A DNA stretch of 64,000 bases from NCBI GenBank assembly GCA_002633005.1, contig NMRA01000576.1, positions 203,607 to 267,606 of the forward strand. Direction: 5' to 3'. A program made the translations under genes and the position numbers. The stretch comes from Phoronis australis (taxonomy: Eukaryota > Animalia > Phoronida). This document shows positions 1-12,889 of the stretch, piece after piece (positions within the stretch are counted from its first letter, which is position 1; each line of letters starts with the position of its first letter). The notes beneath the pieces are model-generated. The model was not told the DNA's origin. It searched no databases and saw only the letters and a program-made list of their open reading frames with translations.

Positions 1-590
1 AGGCTAGAACTTAAATAAATCACCTTGACAGGGAAAACCGAAGGTGTGAAAAAGTTTTATAGTTCAAACAATCCACATTACAAGTGTTAAACGTCTGGTG
101 TTTCAATGTTTGGGTATGTGATTTATCGTTACTCCGAACAACCCTACGCTAATAGACTAGTTTTCGACCTTCCAGTCATTCAATCGTCAGATTACGAACC
201 TTTCGGCTCAAACAATGCAGTGTAGCGAGCACACACACCACATTTACCAGATTAGTATTGTCACTTTCACCTGAAGCGGGTTTTGACGATGTGTATCTGA
301 GGAACGATCACTGAGCCTCAGAAGTGTCTACTGTTGTGTATTGGTTTGTGAATCCCCGCGGTTTTAAGGTGCAGTTCGTTCCAGAAACGCAGAGTGTGAC
401 AACAGTTTTTGCTTGTTTACACCACATGAAAGTCAAGCAAATCGAACGATAGAGATTTCACCCACGACATCTATACTGTGGATTAGAATATGTGCATGGA
501 CAAGACTTTGCATGTTTAAATATTTTGCTATAAAAGCATTTCATCCAGTACAACCACGGAATTATTACACTGCTTTTGGTCAGAATCAGG
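1..590 (+). pseudogene. Possible decayed ectodomain fragment (CUB-like end followed by start of a C-type lectin), similar in style to 12890-16280
   Basis: Broken coding-like frames; VVYWFVNPRGFKVQFVPE at ~333-385 resembles the CUB C-terminal GFxxxF/Y strand; then HLYCG...FKYF/CYK across a frameshift resembles a CTLD start; many stops. Confidence 0.25.
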
Positions 591-1559
591 GATAGCCATA
601 CAGGAGCGTAACCGGAACGCAGGCGTGAGAAAAAGAATAATGATAATAATAAGAAAATTTATAGATAGGGGATAAAAACGCAATATATATAAAACATGTA
701 TTGGCCAAAGACTAATATCCAGCATGGACCTCTGCTACACAATTAAATTTAATTTTAAAAAAAATAAGATAGATCAACATATTAAATTAACATACATTAA
801 ACTAAACAGTATTTACAAATTGGATTTACATACTGAATTAAAAATAAGTAAATAAATAAATAAATAAAAACTGTTTGATGTTATATACATTGGAGTGACA
901 GAAGGAGGGTCAGTTCAGACGACCACAGGTAACTAATGAGTTGGTGTCTGAAATTAAGTGGGGAAGAAAAGTTCTGGAACACCCTATCGATATAATTTTT
1001 ACTGAAAGCACGTCTTAGAGATTCCGATTACCTTTTCGCTTAAGAAATCAACGTCAAACACTTATGATCACGACTCTCCTGCTCAGAAATAGTTTTTGGG
1101 AATTTTAGTCCTTTATGAACTTTGCCTACCGTCCAAGTAGGATACCAGAGTCCGACAGAGCAGAGTTGGTGTGTTGAATTTCTGTGACTAGACCCTTCTG
1201 AAGGGACACCAGAGTTCGGACAGTAGAGTATTCGGTTTGGATTAGATAGCGATTTCAAATAACATATTGGGTGTCCCAAAAAGCAGACCACTGTTTGACA
1301 AGTGATTTCTCAGCAACTTATGAACTAGTATTTTACAATTTCCTTCTTATGAAGGGTAAGACATCATGAACAAATAGAAGTAGCGTCACAAAGATCTATG
1401 TCCATTTGCGAAGTACTTTCAACTTAAAACAACAGGTCAAAATAGATCAAAGAGAAGCTCACCCATTGCAGTCTGTGTGTTCTCCATCTTCCTCCACCAT
1501 TAAACAGAGCAGTTTTTGTTTCAACAAAAAATGCTTTTCACCAAATTTTGCATCGAGTT

Positions 1560-2990
1560 TCCCTCCCATGACAGCCTCTTCATTCATTTTCCCTCTCTTT
1601 ACCCCGTTAGACTTTTTCCTTCAGAGAGTTCAATATGGACTAGTCTATTGGTATGCAGCCCAGACTGCGAGGAGGCCACTCAGTCCTGGAAAAACATTTG
1701 TTTTATTAAGATGGGGTTCATTCACACACGACCAACCTAATACAGGCTCATGTTAAAGTGGCTTCTCCAAAATTCATCAGAAACGATGATTGTCCTCCTA
1801 TTTGATGTATTTTGACATGTTGTATAGCAAAATCCAAACGTGTGAAAACGGAGGAAGAGAAATTTGTAGAAAAGATTGTGGCCACTCTAGTAATGACGGT
1901 GGTAATTTTAAATCAAAATGTCTCTCATGTTAAAGTATTGCTATATGCCGATGGTATGGTTGTGTCCTTAATCTCCAGTTACATTGTAATTACTACTGTG
2001 TTTTAAATAAGTTCTGAGAGGAATGGGGGATGTTTGTAAGTTAAGTAAAAAACAAATATTGTTTTGTTCAAAAACGAAGGAGGTCCCTTGAGAAATTGCG
2101 GCAGGTCGTGTTTTGGAGATGAAAAATTGAAGTGGTTTCCAGTTACAAGTATCTTGGTGCTGTGATCACGCCAAAGTTATTGTGCTCTATGGCTTATTAG
2201 ACCCTGTCGGCCCAAGACACGGAAATTGTCATTACAGTCGACAAGCAACAGAGAGACTTGACCATATTTCAGTGGAGTGTGGCTTTTGATTTTTTTGATA
2301 AAATGATTTACCCTACTTTGTGCTATGGAACCGAAAGATGGGGCTTTCAGGAATACAACTGTTTAGAATAAGCACATATTCAAGTTCGCAAGTATGCGTT
2401 GGTTTTAGCTAATCCTGTACTGAGCGAATGTGTCCGGTTGCCGTTATTTATGATGTGCTATGTTGCCGTGATCAAGTACTGGTTCAAACTTCTCAAAATA
2501 CCGCCTCATCGTGACTCAAGTGCGGCTGACGACAAATTGCTTAGCTTAGAACAAAATGGTCGACACATTACCGAAATTGGGCTGCATCAGTTAGACTTAT
2601 ATTGTTAAAATAAGGATTCAACTGAGTTTGGTTAAATCAAGGTGTTGTGTGAAAATACATTTGTGCTAGATTTTAGACAGGGAATAAAGGGTTGTTAATT
2701 TCAAGGATGGTTAAAAATGTCGTCCAAAATTATTTATTTACAATCAGTTTAAAATGTAATTCAACTTGGCAAAAATTGTAAGTTCGAGTATACCCCGTGT
2801 TCAAATTATACCCACGGAAAGTTTCCTTTGTTCCAGCCACAGTCTCATGATTGACATAGGCAGGCTATTGAATTTGGCTTGGGCAAACAGTGTGTGATCC
2901 TTCTGTCCCAATGTTGTAGAATACGGGTACCATTTTATTATAACCTGAGAGAAGTATTCTGAACTGAGAGAAATACATACCGAAGTTTAC
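1560..2990 (+). mobile_element. Degenerate non-LTR retrotransposon (LINE) ORF2: RT and C-terminal region
   Basis: LLYADGMVV (~1938, YADD-like); FDFFDKMIYPTLCYGTERWGF (~2284-2347); LSECVRLPLF...VIKYWFKLL; SSHSLMIDIGR...CSFCPNVVEYGYHFI zinc-knuckle region (~2832-2940); many stops and frameshifts; boundaries approximate. Confidence 0.7.
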
Positions 2991-5486
2991 TACTTGATTT
3001 TTTCGTCTTTTTAGCTCAATATAGTTATGTCAACACCGGATAATGCTAATATTGTTAATCTATATGCATGTGTATCATTAGGGAGTTCGCAGGTAAAGGG
3101 TCATAAAACTGCAGAAACATTGCCAAAATACGCAATACAGGGTTTGTTGCGCATACAAGTGGCGGGTAGACTAAAGACTGCATGTTCGGAAAAAAACGAG
3201 CATTGTGTAGAGTAAATGATTCAATCCCAGGAGCACATCCCAGGGAATCACAATTCGCAATTAATTTGCCAGTGAGCAAGTCTTGTTTCAATTGTAAGTC
3301 GACAACTTTCACTGAAAGACTTACAAACCGGAATGTTGGACTGAACTGATTTGGATGCAGATATGACAACAACTAGTACACCTACGACCAGGCAACTAAT
3401 TTTCGTTGACTGACAGATGCCAAAAACATCACGGACAATGTGGGAGTCACAGTGATATTACAAGTCATAGTGATGTTACATTTTCGTTTTTAACTTGTCA
3501 GCATCTCTAAATGTTTATATTTCTAGGTTACACTTTGTAGACATGTTGATGACACCCTGGTATTTTCAATGTCTTTGACATAGAAATTTTAACCAACAAG
3601 GCCCAGGTAGCTAATTAATGGGTCTATTTTGCCCCGCGAAGCACACATTTCAGCACTCCGCGAAATGCCAGGCGGTCCAGCTCCACCTGGCAGCAGCTTA
3701 CAGGAATGATCCTGGCCAATGGGAATAATTCATTTTACTTGAAACTCATGAATACTTATGTTTTACCATTTGGCACCGTGGAAAGTTTTCTTCCTGATGT
3801 TGTTTCGTCACCAAATGAGGTAGCATATTGTTATTTGTAGGCAGTCAGTCGCCCGGCCGTAAGGGAAAATGTGGCAGGCCACTGCCGATATCTTAGTTTC
3901 ATGTAAATTTATTTTCGATATTTCGCAAATTTAATCGTCAGGAAACTCTAAATGTATAGCAGTTTTATTTATTTATTTTGACAAAACATTTTCGGTGTTC
4001 TGTTTATACTGTTTTTTACTAGATTTAATGACACCATGTAAAACACGCTTAGCCTATCATGCCATAGCCGGTCTTATATTCAATTGGGGTCTTCATCGGT
4101 CTGCAAAGACTCGATCTGAACATAGCACAAGGGCCGATTTGCACGGCCAATGAGTTGGGCCGCGAAGCAGGCTAGATCTTCCCGTTTTTGCAATTAGGAG
4201 AGTAGATTCGGTAAGTTTAATAGCCAAAAACAAAAAAGTAAACAAAACAACGTCACCGAATCGAATTCAAGGCGTACCAACGTTACAAAGGTCGTTTCCG
4301 GCAGAGTGTAATAGTCTTGTCTGCTTTTCAGTGAAGTGATTGGCAAATTCAACCATTTTGCGGAGATTTAAAAGACAAGCTGTTATCTAAAAAGTGTTTG
4401 TTTCAACGATATATGGAGAATATTGTAAATGAGTATACAACATAAAGCAAGTAATAAAAACTGAAATTATGTACATTCACGTTAAACTACTCTCTCCACA
4501 AGTTGAGTAGACCTGGACCATTGGTAGCCGCTCGTATTACTATTTCGGTGACAATGATAGCGCACTCACAAAGCACTATTGAAGTCCACGTTCCAACCCT
4601 ACTTTCTGTTTTTAATCACCACACTTGTAGATGTACATTTATGTGTTATGCGAAAGTCATTAAACGACCTAATAAGATCATAATATATGTGAAAGCCTCG
4701 TATAATCTCCTGTATGATCCTCTAAAAAATCGGCGAAGTTGGTCATGAGAAGCGTGATGGTGACTTGAAGCAAATTCAAATTTAATACTCAGTTATCATT
4801 GTATTTGACAGTACCAGTAGGTGCATAAATGTGCAGTTGTCGTCCATCTATATCCTGCCTACAACTGATCAGCTGGGACTGAACCCTTTCTGCTATGCTC
4901 TTCGAGCGAATCTCCCTACAACAACTCTCGCTCCTTTGACAATGGGCCTGGAATGCAAAAAAATTTCGTGAAAATCCTAAGTGCTAAATTTGTCCGGTGT
5001 TTAAAGAAATCCGAAGCAATCTAAGAACCGTATAATGTTTGAAAACTTGGTGTAACTGTGCATCTTTAGGTCAAAATCACGCCATATCGGTGGCAAGTAT
5101 CTTACAAACTATAGGTGCATTTTTAATTCGGAGCTGGCATTCGATACTTTCCTGAGACCAATTTTGTTTGCCTTAATTCATTATCCAAAAAGTACTTGGA
5201 AATTGCTATGTGGACCAAATCTGGCTATTGTAAGTTAATTTTGAACACTCATCCGCTCAGTGCATGGACCATTACGCAAAAAAACGGAACACATAGAAAC
5301 AGAAACGTAGAGCTTGGACACAAAATACCCGAGACGCAAATAGGCCTGTATGTAAAGCTAAGTTGCCGATATTTTTTGAAAGAGTGTGACACCAGCTTTG
5401 CGATTTTTTGGTCATAATAACAATGTTGTTTTGCGATTTTGTTAACGTGGTAGTANGCAAGACCACATCCCCCAAAGTTTCCATTT

Positions 5487-5636
5487 TTTGACTTTCAAAC
5501 TTGCCGAATCGACTGCCTCAATTGCCAAAGAAAGGGAAACGCCACCCACCCATGACCCATAACCTTATCGCCTCACTTTTGTGACTTTCAAACTTGCCAA
5601 ATCGACTGACACAATTGCAAAAAAGGGAAACGCCAG
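5487..5636. repeat. Two ~57-bp imperfect direct repeats inside a probable non-autonomous element
   Basis: tgactttcaaacttgcc(g/a)aatcgactg...aagggaaacgcca at ~5489-5544 and ~5582-5636. Confidence 0.8.
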
Positions 5637-6484
5637 CCGTTAGGGCAGAGGTGGTGGTGGGTCGAGGGGATCGTGGGTAGAGGGGGGAGGGTGTTGGCGT
5701 TGAAGGGTTTCATAAACCCTTTTTATTTTCTCGTTTGGGGCCAAATCACGTCATAACAGAGGCAAAAAGCCATCAGTAAATCTTTAAATTTTCACGCAAT
5801 ATATAAATATATATATTGTCATCAACTCGAGAAACTTTGTAAAAGCTCAAGCAATATGGCACTGGGATGTCAAATTTTCGCTTTACAATGCCAGACCATC
5901 AATGCTGTTTCGCTTCGTTTTCTTTATTTGTTAACTGCTTGAAATTTGTCAAAAGCTACATGTATATGAGATTCATTCATTCCTCCAACACAAGTCAAGA
6001 GTCACAAGAAATATACTTTTCGTGTCGGAGAAACGTAATAAATTCTGATGGATGTTTTTAATCTGTTGACGGTTTTCATGTTGTTCAACAAGGAAATGAA
6101 GTATTATTACGGCCAAGAGTCGAACGTTTCCTATCCAACAGCGTTATCTCATTTGTGATAAGATTTTAATCGAATGCTACTGCATTGCTTGGGAAGCAAT
6201 TTCTTTCAGTATCAACATTTAGTTTTTGTCAATTTTCCATCTGTAAAACTGTCGCACACTCCTTCTGACGTGTACCCTGAACTTTTTTTTACAATTAAAA
6301 CATGATTTTAGAAGGAAAAATAAAAAATAACATTGCCACTGCTCAACATAACAACTGATCAAATGATACTTAGTTGTGTTTACATGTGGAAAAATTGATG
6401 TTTATCGTGAAGCATTGTTGGCGTTTCTTTCATTGAACCCATTTAAAAAGGCTCGAATTAATGTTGCAATTTTATTTTTTGTAG

Positions 6485-6772
6485 ATCACGTGACAGAAGT
6501 CAACAGATGCTGGTTTGTAGCTGACTCAACATGCGCAATCGTGAAGTACAAAGGAGCTTTGGAAAATCGTAAACAGTGTCAATCACTCTGTGGGAGATTC
6601 CGTAAAAAATTTGCTGCTGTTACAGAAGGAGATCTATGCTATTGCGGTGATGAATTCTTTGGGCACTTAGCTATGGATATATCAGAATGTAACGAACCTT
6701 GTCGTGGCAATTCGTCAGAAGCCTGCGGTGGCCTTTCTCCAAACATGTTTATAATGCACTCGATAAGAGACG
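6485..6772 (+). CDS. WSC-domain exon (gene A), 96 codons, phase 1-1
   Basis: Acceptor tttattttttgtag|AT, donor ACG|gtaagt; open frame HVTEVNRCW...QCQSLCGRFRKKFAAVTEGDLCYCGD...ECNEPCRGNSSEACGG with the WSC cysteine pattern. Confidence 0.88.
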
Positions 6773-6835
6773 GTAAGTAAAACTGCATATATATAAATTG
6801 CGTCATACATGTAGGTGAATTGTTCAATAACGTCT

Positions 6836-6915
6836 TCGACCCCAAAACCCCACAAACCCCTCGACCAACGAGTCCTCGAGCCACGACCCCCAATTGGCGA
6901 CCCACAACCCCTACA
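6836..6915 (+). repeat. Copy of a dispersed (TCGACCC/ACGACCC)-rich repeat family
   Basis: Similar motif arrays at ~5645-5700 (-), 16672-16745 (+), 36486-36547 (-), 55265-55322 (+). Confidence 0.6.
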
Positions 6916-9289
6916 AACCTGTCTACACATGGTCGTCTCGATGTGAACGTAGAACAATCGCAAATTTGCAAGACCAATGAAATGGGCCGTTAGCTTGGTT
7001 AGTTTTTCCTTGTTTTTTCTTGCAATTCAGAGAGTCACTCTGCAACGTTTACATTATGTGGAAATGTTGTCAGACAAACAACTTCAACATGTCGTAAGGT
7101 GTCAACTTTTGGTGGGACCCCATAGAGGACTTCTGTTTGCCATACAACTCAATAAAAATGTTATTATGGTCATTATTTTCGTTTTTTTAAAGCCGCGACA
7201 GTATGGATACATTTGATCTACTGATTTGCTCAGCTAGAAACATTTCCGTTCAGAGCGCTTTCATGTTTAGTATGGAACGTCGTTAGCCTTTGTGTAGTGT
7301 CCGCCCAGGGTCATTTAGAAGAGACGCTGACCGCTCCACATCAGATGCTCAGCAGAGAATGGAATTTCTGATTGCAATGTCCTCAATCGCAGGATCCCTC
7401 AATACATCACGCGTCTATCTGTCAGTGTCCAACTGGGAAACTATATTGAGAAGAAAGTCCTCATTTTTTTATCAACGCATCTGCCATTATACTAAGCACC
7501 CCTATCTGGCCAAAAAGAGTTCATATTCAAGGACATGATCACTCAAATCAAAGATAGATGGCGAACGCTCTGCTTGCAGTTCTTGCGCAGCTTCCCATGA
7601 TAAACAGAATTTTGTGTGGGCGTTTTTGAGAACAATACATTTTAAAACTGCAAACAACCTAAGTCAGATTGCTCAATAGAAGGCGTTATACTATTGTAGC
7701 GCCACAAAATATCACTCAAAGAATTTACCCCTGCACTGTTTACAATCCTGATACAAGAAACCAGTTTGTAACCGCATTGTGAAAACGATACTACTCTACG
7801 GTACATCGTGTTTCCACTGTTAATTAACAACTTTCATTTACTGTATTTTATATTGCATAAGATTTAGAACAGGAAGTTAGCCACCAGAAATGAACATTTT
7901 AAGTTGAATAATATGCATGGGAAAAATAAGGCAAAATTTTCAGTCATTGCTGTAACCGTTATCAATATTCTACATATTTTATTAGTTATTTTGACAGCTT
8001 ACGGCATTCTTAACAATAAATGTTTCGTTACTTAAATCAGGTGGCCCAAAAGAGAGAGTGATCCCATGATGGGGGTAAAATAATTAACTATAAGAAAAGT
8101 GCACTGTTCGACTGGGAGATGAATGCTACACATGACTGCCAAGTATACCAGTACTTAACCTCCACAGATTAGTTCTGAAACCAAACGAGGTCGTAATCAG
8201 GCTCAGTTTCTCAATGATGAAAATAGAAATATTAGGGCCGGGGTATAAGAAATAGACGCTGAGGTCAATGTGTGAAATAGGAGGTTGGTGTCTTTTGAAG
8301 TCGAAATGAATCCAACGACATCTTCTAAACTCTATAACCTCTTTCAGAAATTGCAATCAAAATGTGTTGAAAAATGCAAAGCTATCACTACGCCCAGCTT
8401 AACTGAGTCCCAGCTTTTGTTCTATTTACAGGTAGCCTCCACATATAACACACGTCTCTTTGTTCTGACGATGAGACTCGGTATTTAAAGTCCTCCCCAG
8501 TGTTGTCATAAGAAAAATAGTACATGTGGTTATTGATCATGAATATTATCTGAAAAAAAGACTTGATACTATTGCGACTAAATATTCTGGTGAATCATTG
8601 TCACAACGGCATTCATAATTATTATTTTCAATTCCCTGTTATTTGGCCTCCGTAGGTAAACATATTTATTTTTTTCATAACCATATGGGATTCATTTAGG
8701 TCATCTATCAATCTTGCCCGTCAAAACCATGTAAAACAGGACTTCCACGTCCTCTTTCATCTCGAAATAACAGATGCGAGTGGTATTTTTGGAATAAAAT
8801 ATGCCATTGCATTTTGAGCACATGTATAATGACAGAGCTATCATTTCGGAATGATGCTTTAAATGGGACGCTGGTTGTTCTTTAAAAATATCTTCAACAT
8901 TTTATTCAGTCTAAATATCCACAATTACATATGCTAAAATCCGGAAGGTTAATGAGGCAATGCATTAAATAATATAAGTTCGCAGTCTCAATTCTTAGGA
9001 CATAACCGTCTAAAGGTGTGATTTCAACCTCAAATTAGCACATCGTGTTGCTGTTTTTGGTGAGATCTATTATTTACTTAGTTTGCCAGATTTTTGTTAT
9101 GGTAAAAGCACAGCCAAATGTTGACTTTCTCATATTGGACAAGTGCATGACTCAATTTGGTGGGGATGCATTATTTGCCGACAAAGACACATCAACCTTT
9201 ACGACAGGAAGATCCATTGCGCATTTCATGACGATCAGACATAATTCTATACATGTACTTGAATCCTTGATCCATCACTTGCATTCCAG

Positions 9290-9637
9290 AACACGACCGT
9301 GGACTTCTGTTTGCTGAAGGGTGCTATTTTGATGACATCCAACCGCTCTTGGATGCAACGGACGTGTCTCCGAATAACGGTACACATGAATCAAAACATG
9401 ATAAAATTGGTTTGGCAAGCGCTGAGGTAATGCACATAAGCCAGTGCAAGCAAAAATGCAAACGAGCAGGATTTAAAGTAGCAGGTGCAAAATATGGAGT
9501 TGAGTGTTGGTGCAGCAATACAGTTAATATCGACGCAATACTGACTGACTCAAAATTTTGTAACATGTTATGTCCGGATTACAACTCCAAGTGTCCCTCA
9601 CTTCACACCATGCATGTCTCTGATTCTGGACTAAAAG
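9290..9637 (+). CDS. WSC-domain exon (gene A), 116 codons, phase 1-1
   Basis: Acceptor cacttgcattccag|AA, donor AAG|gtaagt; HDRGLLFAEGCYFDD...QCKQKCKRAGFKVAGAKYGVECWCSN...CNMLCPD open without stops. Confidence 0.88.
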
Positions 9638-10148
9638 GTAAGTAACCCACTCTTTGTCTCATAATGTCAGTTTTGCGTCATAAGTGACCAGTAAAACACA
9701 TTTACCTGTGATTTGAATTTTTCTTCACCACGTTTGAGAGCAAATCCACTTTACATGAATGTCCGCTAGAGTAACTACAGTTATGAAATTGTTTCATGAA
9801 CAGTTAATAGGATTGCGTTCGCTCTTGTCACTTTCCGTTCATCATCTACACACAGTGGGTCGTTTTGTATGTCCCTCGTTAGTTTCATCATAGGAAGGTC
9901 AGAACGAACTCATCCAATGGAATCTTCGTCATAAGCCACGTGATATCGCTGATCTAGTACCCATCGGCTAATGCTTTTCAAAACACGTCAATCATTTAAA
10001 TAGGGTTCAAATGTTCTTCTATTTAGAACGTGTCGTTTAGCATACATGTACACACGGCATCTCTTGAAAACGCAGTCTGAAAATGAACATAGCCTTATCG
10101 TTTTGTAATTATCATACGTAGCACATTATGAAAAAGCGGCTATTAAAC

Positions 10149-11119
10149 TTCTTCTTCTTCTTCAGCGTTTGGGGTCATATAGTTCAGATAGTCAGTGTGG
10201 TCTTTGGAGCGTAGTTTGCAGTTCGCCGCAGTGATGCCGTCGGGCCCCATGGTTTTACCTCGAGTTACACCGGACTGGGCCATGTCTGGCGACTTAGGGA
10301 ACGACCGTAGGACAGCTCTGCGGTAAATGGCCAGGTGTGTGGGGGCCAGTGCCACAGGGGCACTCGTCTGTGTGAGAGATTTTCACGCGATTCATGTGAG
10401 AGAGCAGCTGGCAGTGGCCCGTTCTTAGCCTGAAGATAGTGACTTGTTCCTGCCGGACAAGGTGGTGGATAGAGTTTTCTTCAGTACCCAGACATAGGCG
10501 TGCCCTACAGGCATTTCTAAAGTGACTTCGTAAGAGGGTTTTTATTGCTCCATATGATGATGGGTGCGACGCCAGCTCCAGTTTGCTTCCTGCCTCGGAG
10601 AGTCTGTCTGTTTCCTCGTTGCCGCTGATGCCGCTGTGGGAAGGAATCCATTGCAACGGAACAGTGGTTTTGTTGTAGGAAATATGCGTCTGTTGTTTGA
10701 TGGATTGCAGGATCTGGTCTCTTTCTCTGTTGTGTGGAGGCTCTGCAGAAGAGATCAGCAGTCTGTGAGGAAGACTTTATGATCGGGGAACCTCGTTTTG
10801 CTGGTTGAGTATCTGGGCTGCGAGGTACAGGGCATTTGCCTCAGCTCTGTAGTTGGTGGATTGAAGACCCGTGACAATGGACTTACTCTGAGTGCTGCCG
10901 TCTGGGTATTTGACGAATACCCCACCTCCCCCATTTCTGACAGCATTATTTGCAGAGCCATCTGTATAACCTCGGGTCCAGGTGGTGGTAGGGTAGTCTC
11001 TGTCTAGGGTTTCTAGGGTGACGGCCTTCAGGACTGCCTCCAGCTGTGTATGCTTTGCTTCAACCCCAGGGATGTCGAGAATGATGGGAGGAATGTCCAG
11101 GGACCATTCTTGCAGCATT
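10149..11119 (-). mobile_element. 5'-truncated RNase H-bearing LINE (I-group type) with (GAA)n tail and 11-bp TSD
   Basis: YTDGSA, STNYRAE, VFLTDC, QWIPSHSGISGNEETDRL, IFRLRTGHC...CPCG motifs over frameshifts; 3' tail (GAA)5; GGCTATTAAAC duplicated at 10138-10148 and 11120-11130. Confidence 0.93.
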
Positions 11120-12889
11120 GGCTATTAAACGTAAACAGGGAGAAGCTTAAGTGGATTTTATTGGTTTTACAATAAAGTTCTTGTGCTCAGATGATACTCC
11201 AGAAATCAATTATTGATTTGAGATCAACAACTTGAACATTAATCACCCTAATCACTTTGCTGTCTCTGCAGTTATCGGGTACTTCATATGAAAATGACAT
11301 TTGTTCGCTGGAAGTACAGATTTTGACACACGAAACACCACAGAACTACAACAGGCGAGCTTAATTCAGTACAATCTTTTGCTATTTTGCCAAAATTTAC
11401 CCAATTTTGAATTTCACATATAAATGGATTGTTCACTTTTAAATCGAAGAATAGCAGAACAACACAAACTCAGAACGAGAATACAGTTCATTCCATGCTT
11501 TCCGGCATATCTTGTTTTACCTTGAAAGTCACCGTGGCTATTTTTTGAAATTCACCTCTAATTCGAGAAATTTCCATTTTGACTGATCTACAAAAATAAC
11601 ATTAGGTCTCATAAAGTTAATGCTGCAGACCACATATGATGTTCAATTGGTATTCTGTCAACAGCAAAAATGCACCAGGTGGGCCATTATTATTGCTCAC
11701 AAATAATAATCTGCCAACGAGGGGAATGGAGATTGGCAATTAAGAAAAACGTGGCATCCACCGAGAAGGTTTCTTAAAAATTGTGCCTCTACACTTGCCA
11801 ATGTCATATAATTATTTTATCCGCAAGTTTTCCCTGAGACACGCGCGCACTTGACTGTTCTAAGAAAGGCAAAATCATAACATCAGTAAGTTTTTATTTT
11901 AAGAGTCAAAGAATAGTTGTAGAAATTGCGTTTTTCCCAGAGTTTTTCATAACTTGCCGCTTTTGCCATGGCTGTTATTCTGATCGAAAGATAGATGTAT
12001 TTAACATTAAGAAGAATCGTCTGTCCATGCAAGCACCCAGCCTTCAATATGGGGGCTCGAATATCTGCCCATGTGGACCTTTCACTAGCAAAAAACAAAA
12101 GAACTAAACAAATAAAAACGAGGTTCCACGTTCAGGGCCGTACAGTGTGTGCTGCGCCCTTTTAGCGGAATTTTGTCTCGTTTTCCCGGACTTATTGTTT
12201 CTCTGAGGCGGAACTTTTTGCCCACTTCGCCAAAGAAGGGCTCATGCGAGCCCCCTGCCTCCCCCTTGCGGGTTGCGCGTATGTGTATCTTTTGCTTGAA
12301 TTATTCCATTTTATAGATAGAAACACAGGTTTTTTGCTTGTTTTCGCGAAATTACCTTTCCAACAATTTTAGATTACGTTTTCAAAGCTTAAACGTAAAC
12401 AGGGAAAGCTTCAGGTACATGTTTGTTATTTTATCAGTATATACAGTTCCACGTGCAATTGAAATATCTGCTACGGGTACCACATGCAGTGTACACTTGG
12501 TGGTGAAAACAAAACAAACGAATAGATATTATATAGTTTTGAGATGGTTAGTGCAATATCTACCGTGCTGCTTTCAAAAGTGAGCTCGGAAATTTGTTCA
12601 ATACTTGAGAACAAAAAAAATATCTTCAAAAAGTTAAGTTCACAAGCACATCGTCGAATTTTATAATTGTTTGTATTTAAAAAACATTTGATCAAATAGT
12701 TAATGATAATGTTACATCGAAATGGCACTTGTGCAAAGATGGACAAGTATTGGTCGCAGTGATCATGCCGATGTTCCTTCCTGCTTAAATTCGGTTTCAT
12801 TTCATCAATGAATATATTGGAACACTTTTAGACCGGTCTAGTCATTGTGTATAACCATAAAGACGACTATTCTATTTTCTCGTTTTCAG

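Noticed and set aside
3667-3692. GC-rich hairpin gccaggcgg...ccacctggc considered as an HDV-like ribozyme or terminator
   Set aside because: Nested pseudoknot elements not found; isolated hairpin
8465-8500. Hammerhead-like CTGACGA followed by a possible stem
   Set aside because: No GAAA core or cleavage triplet after the stem
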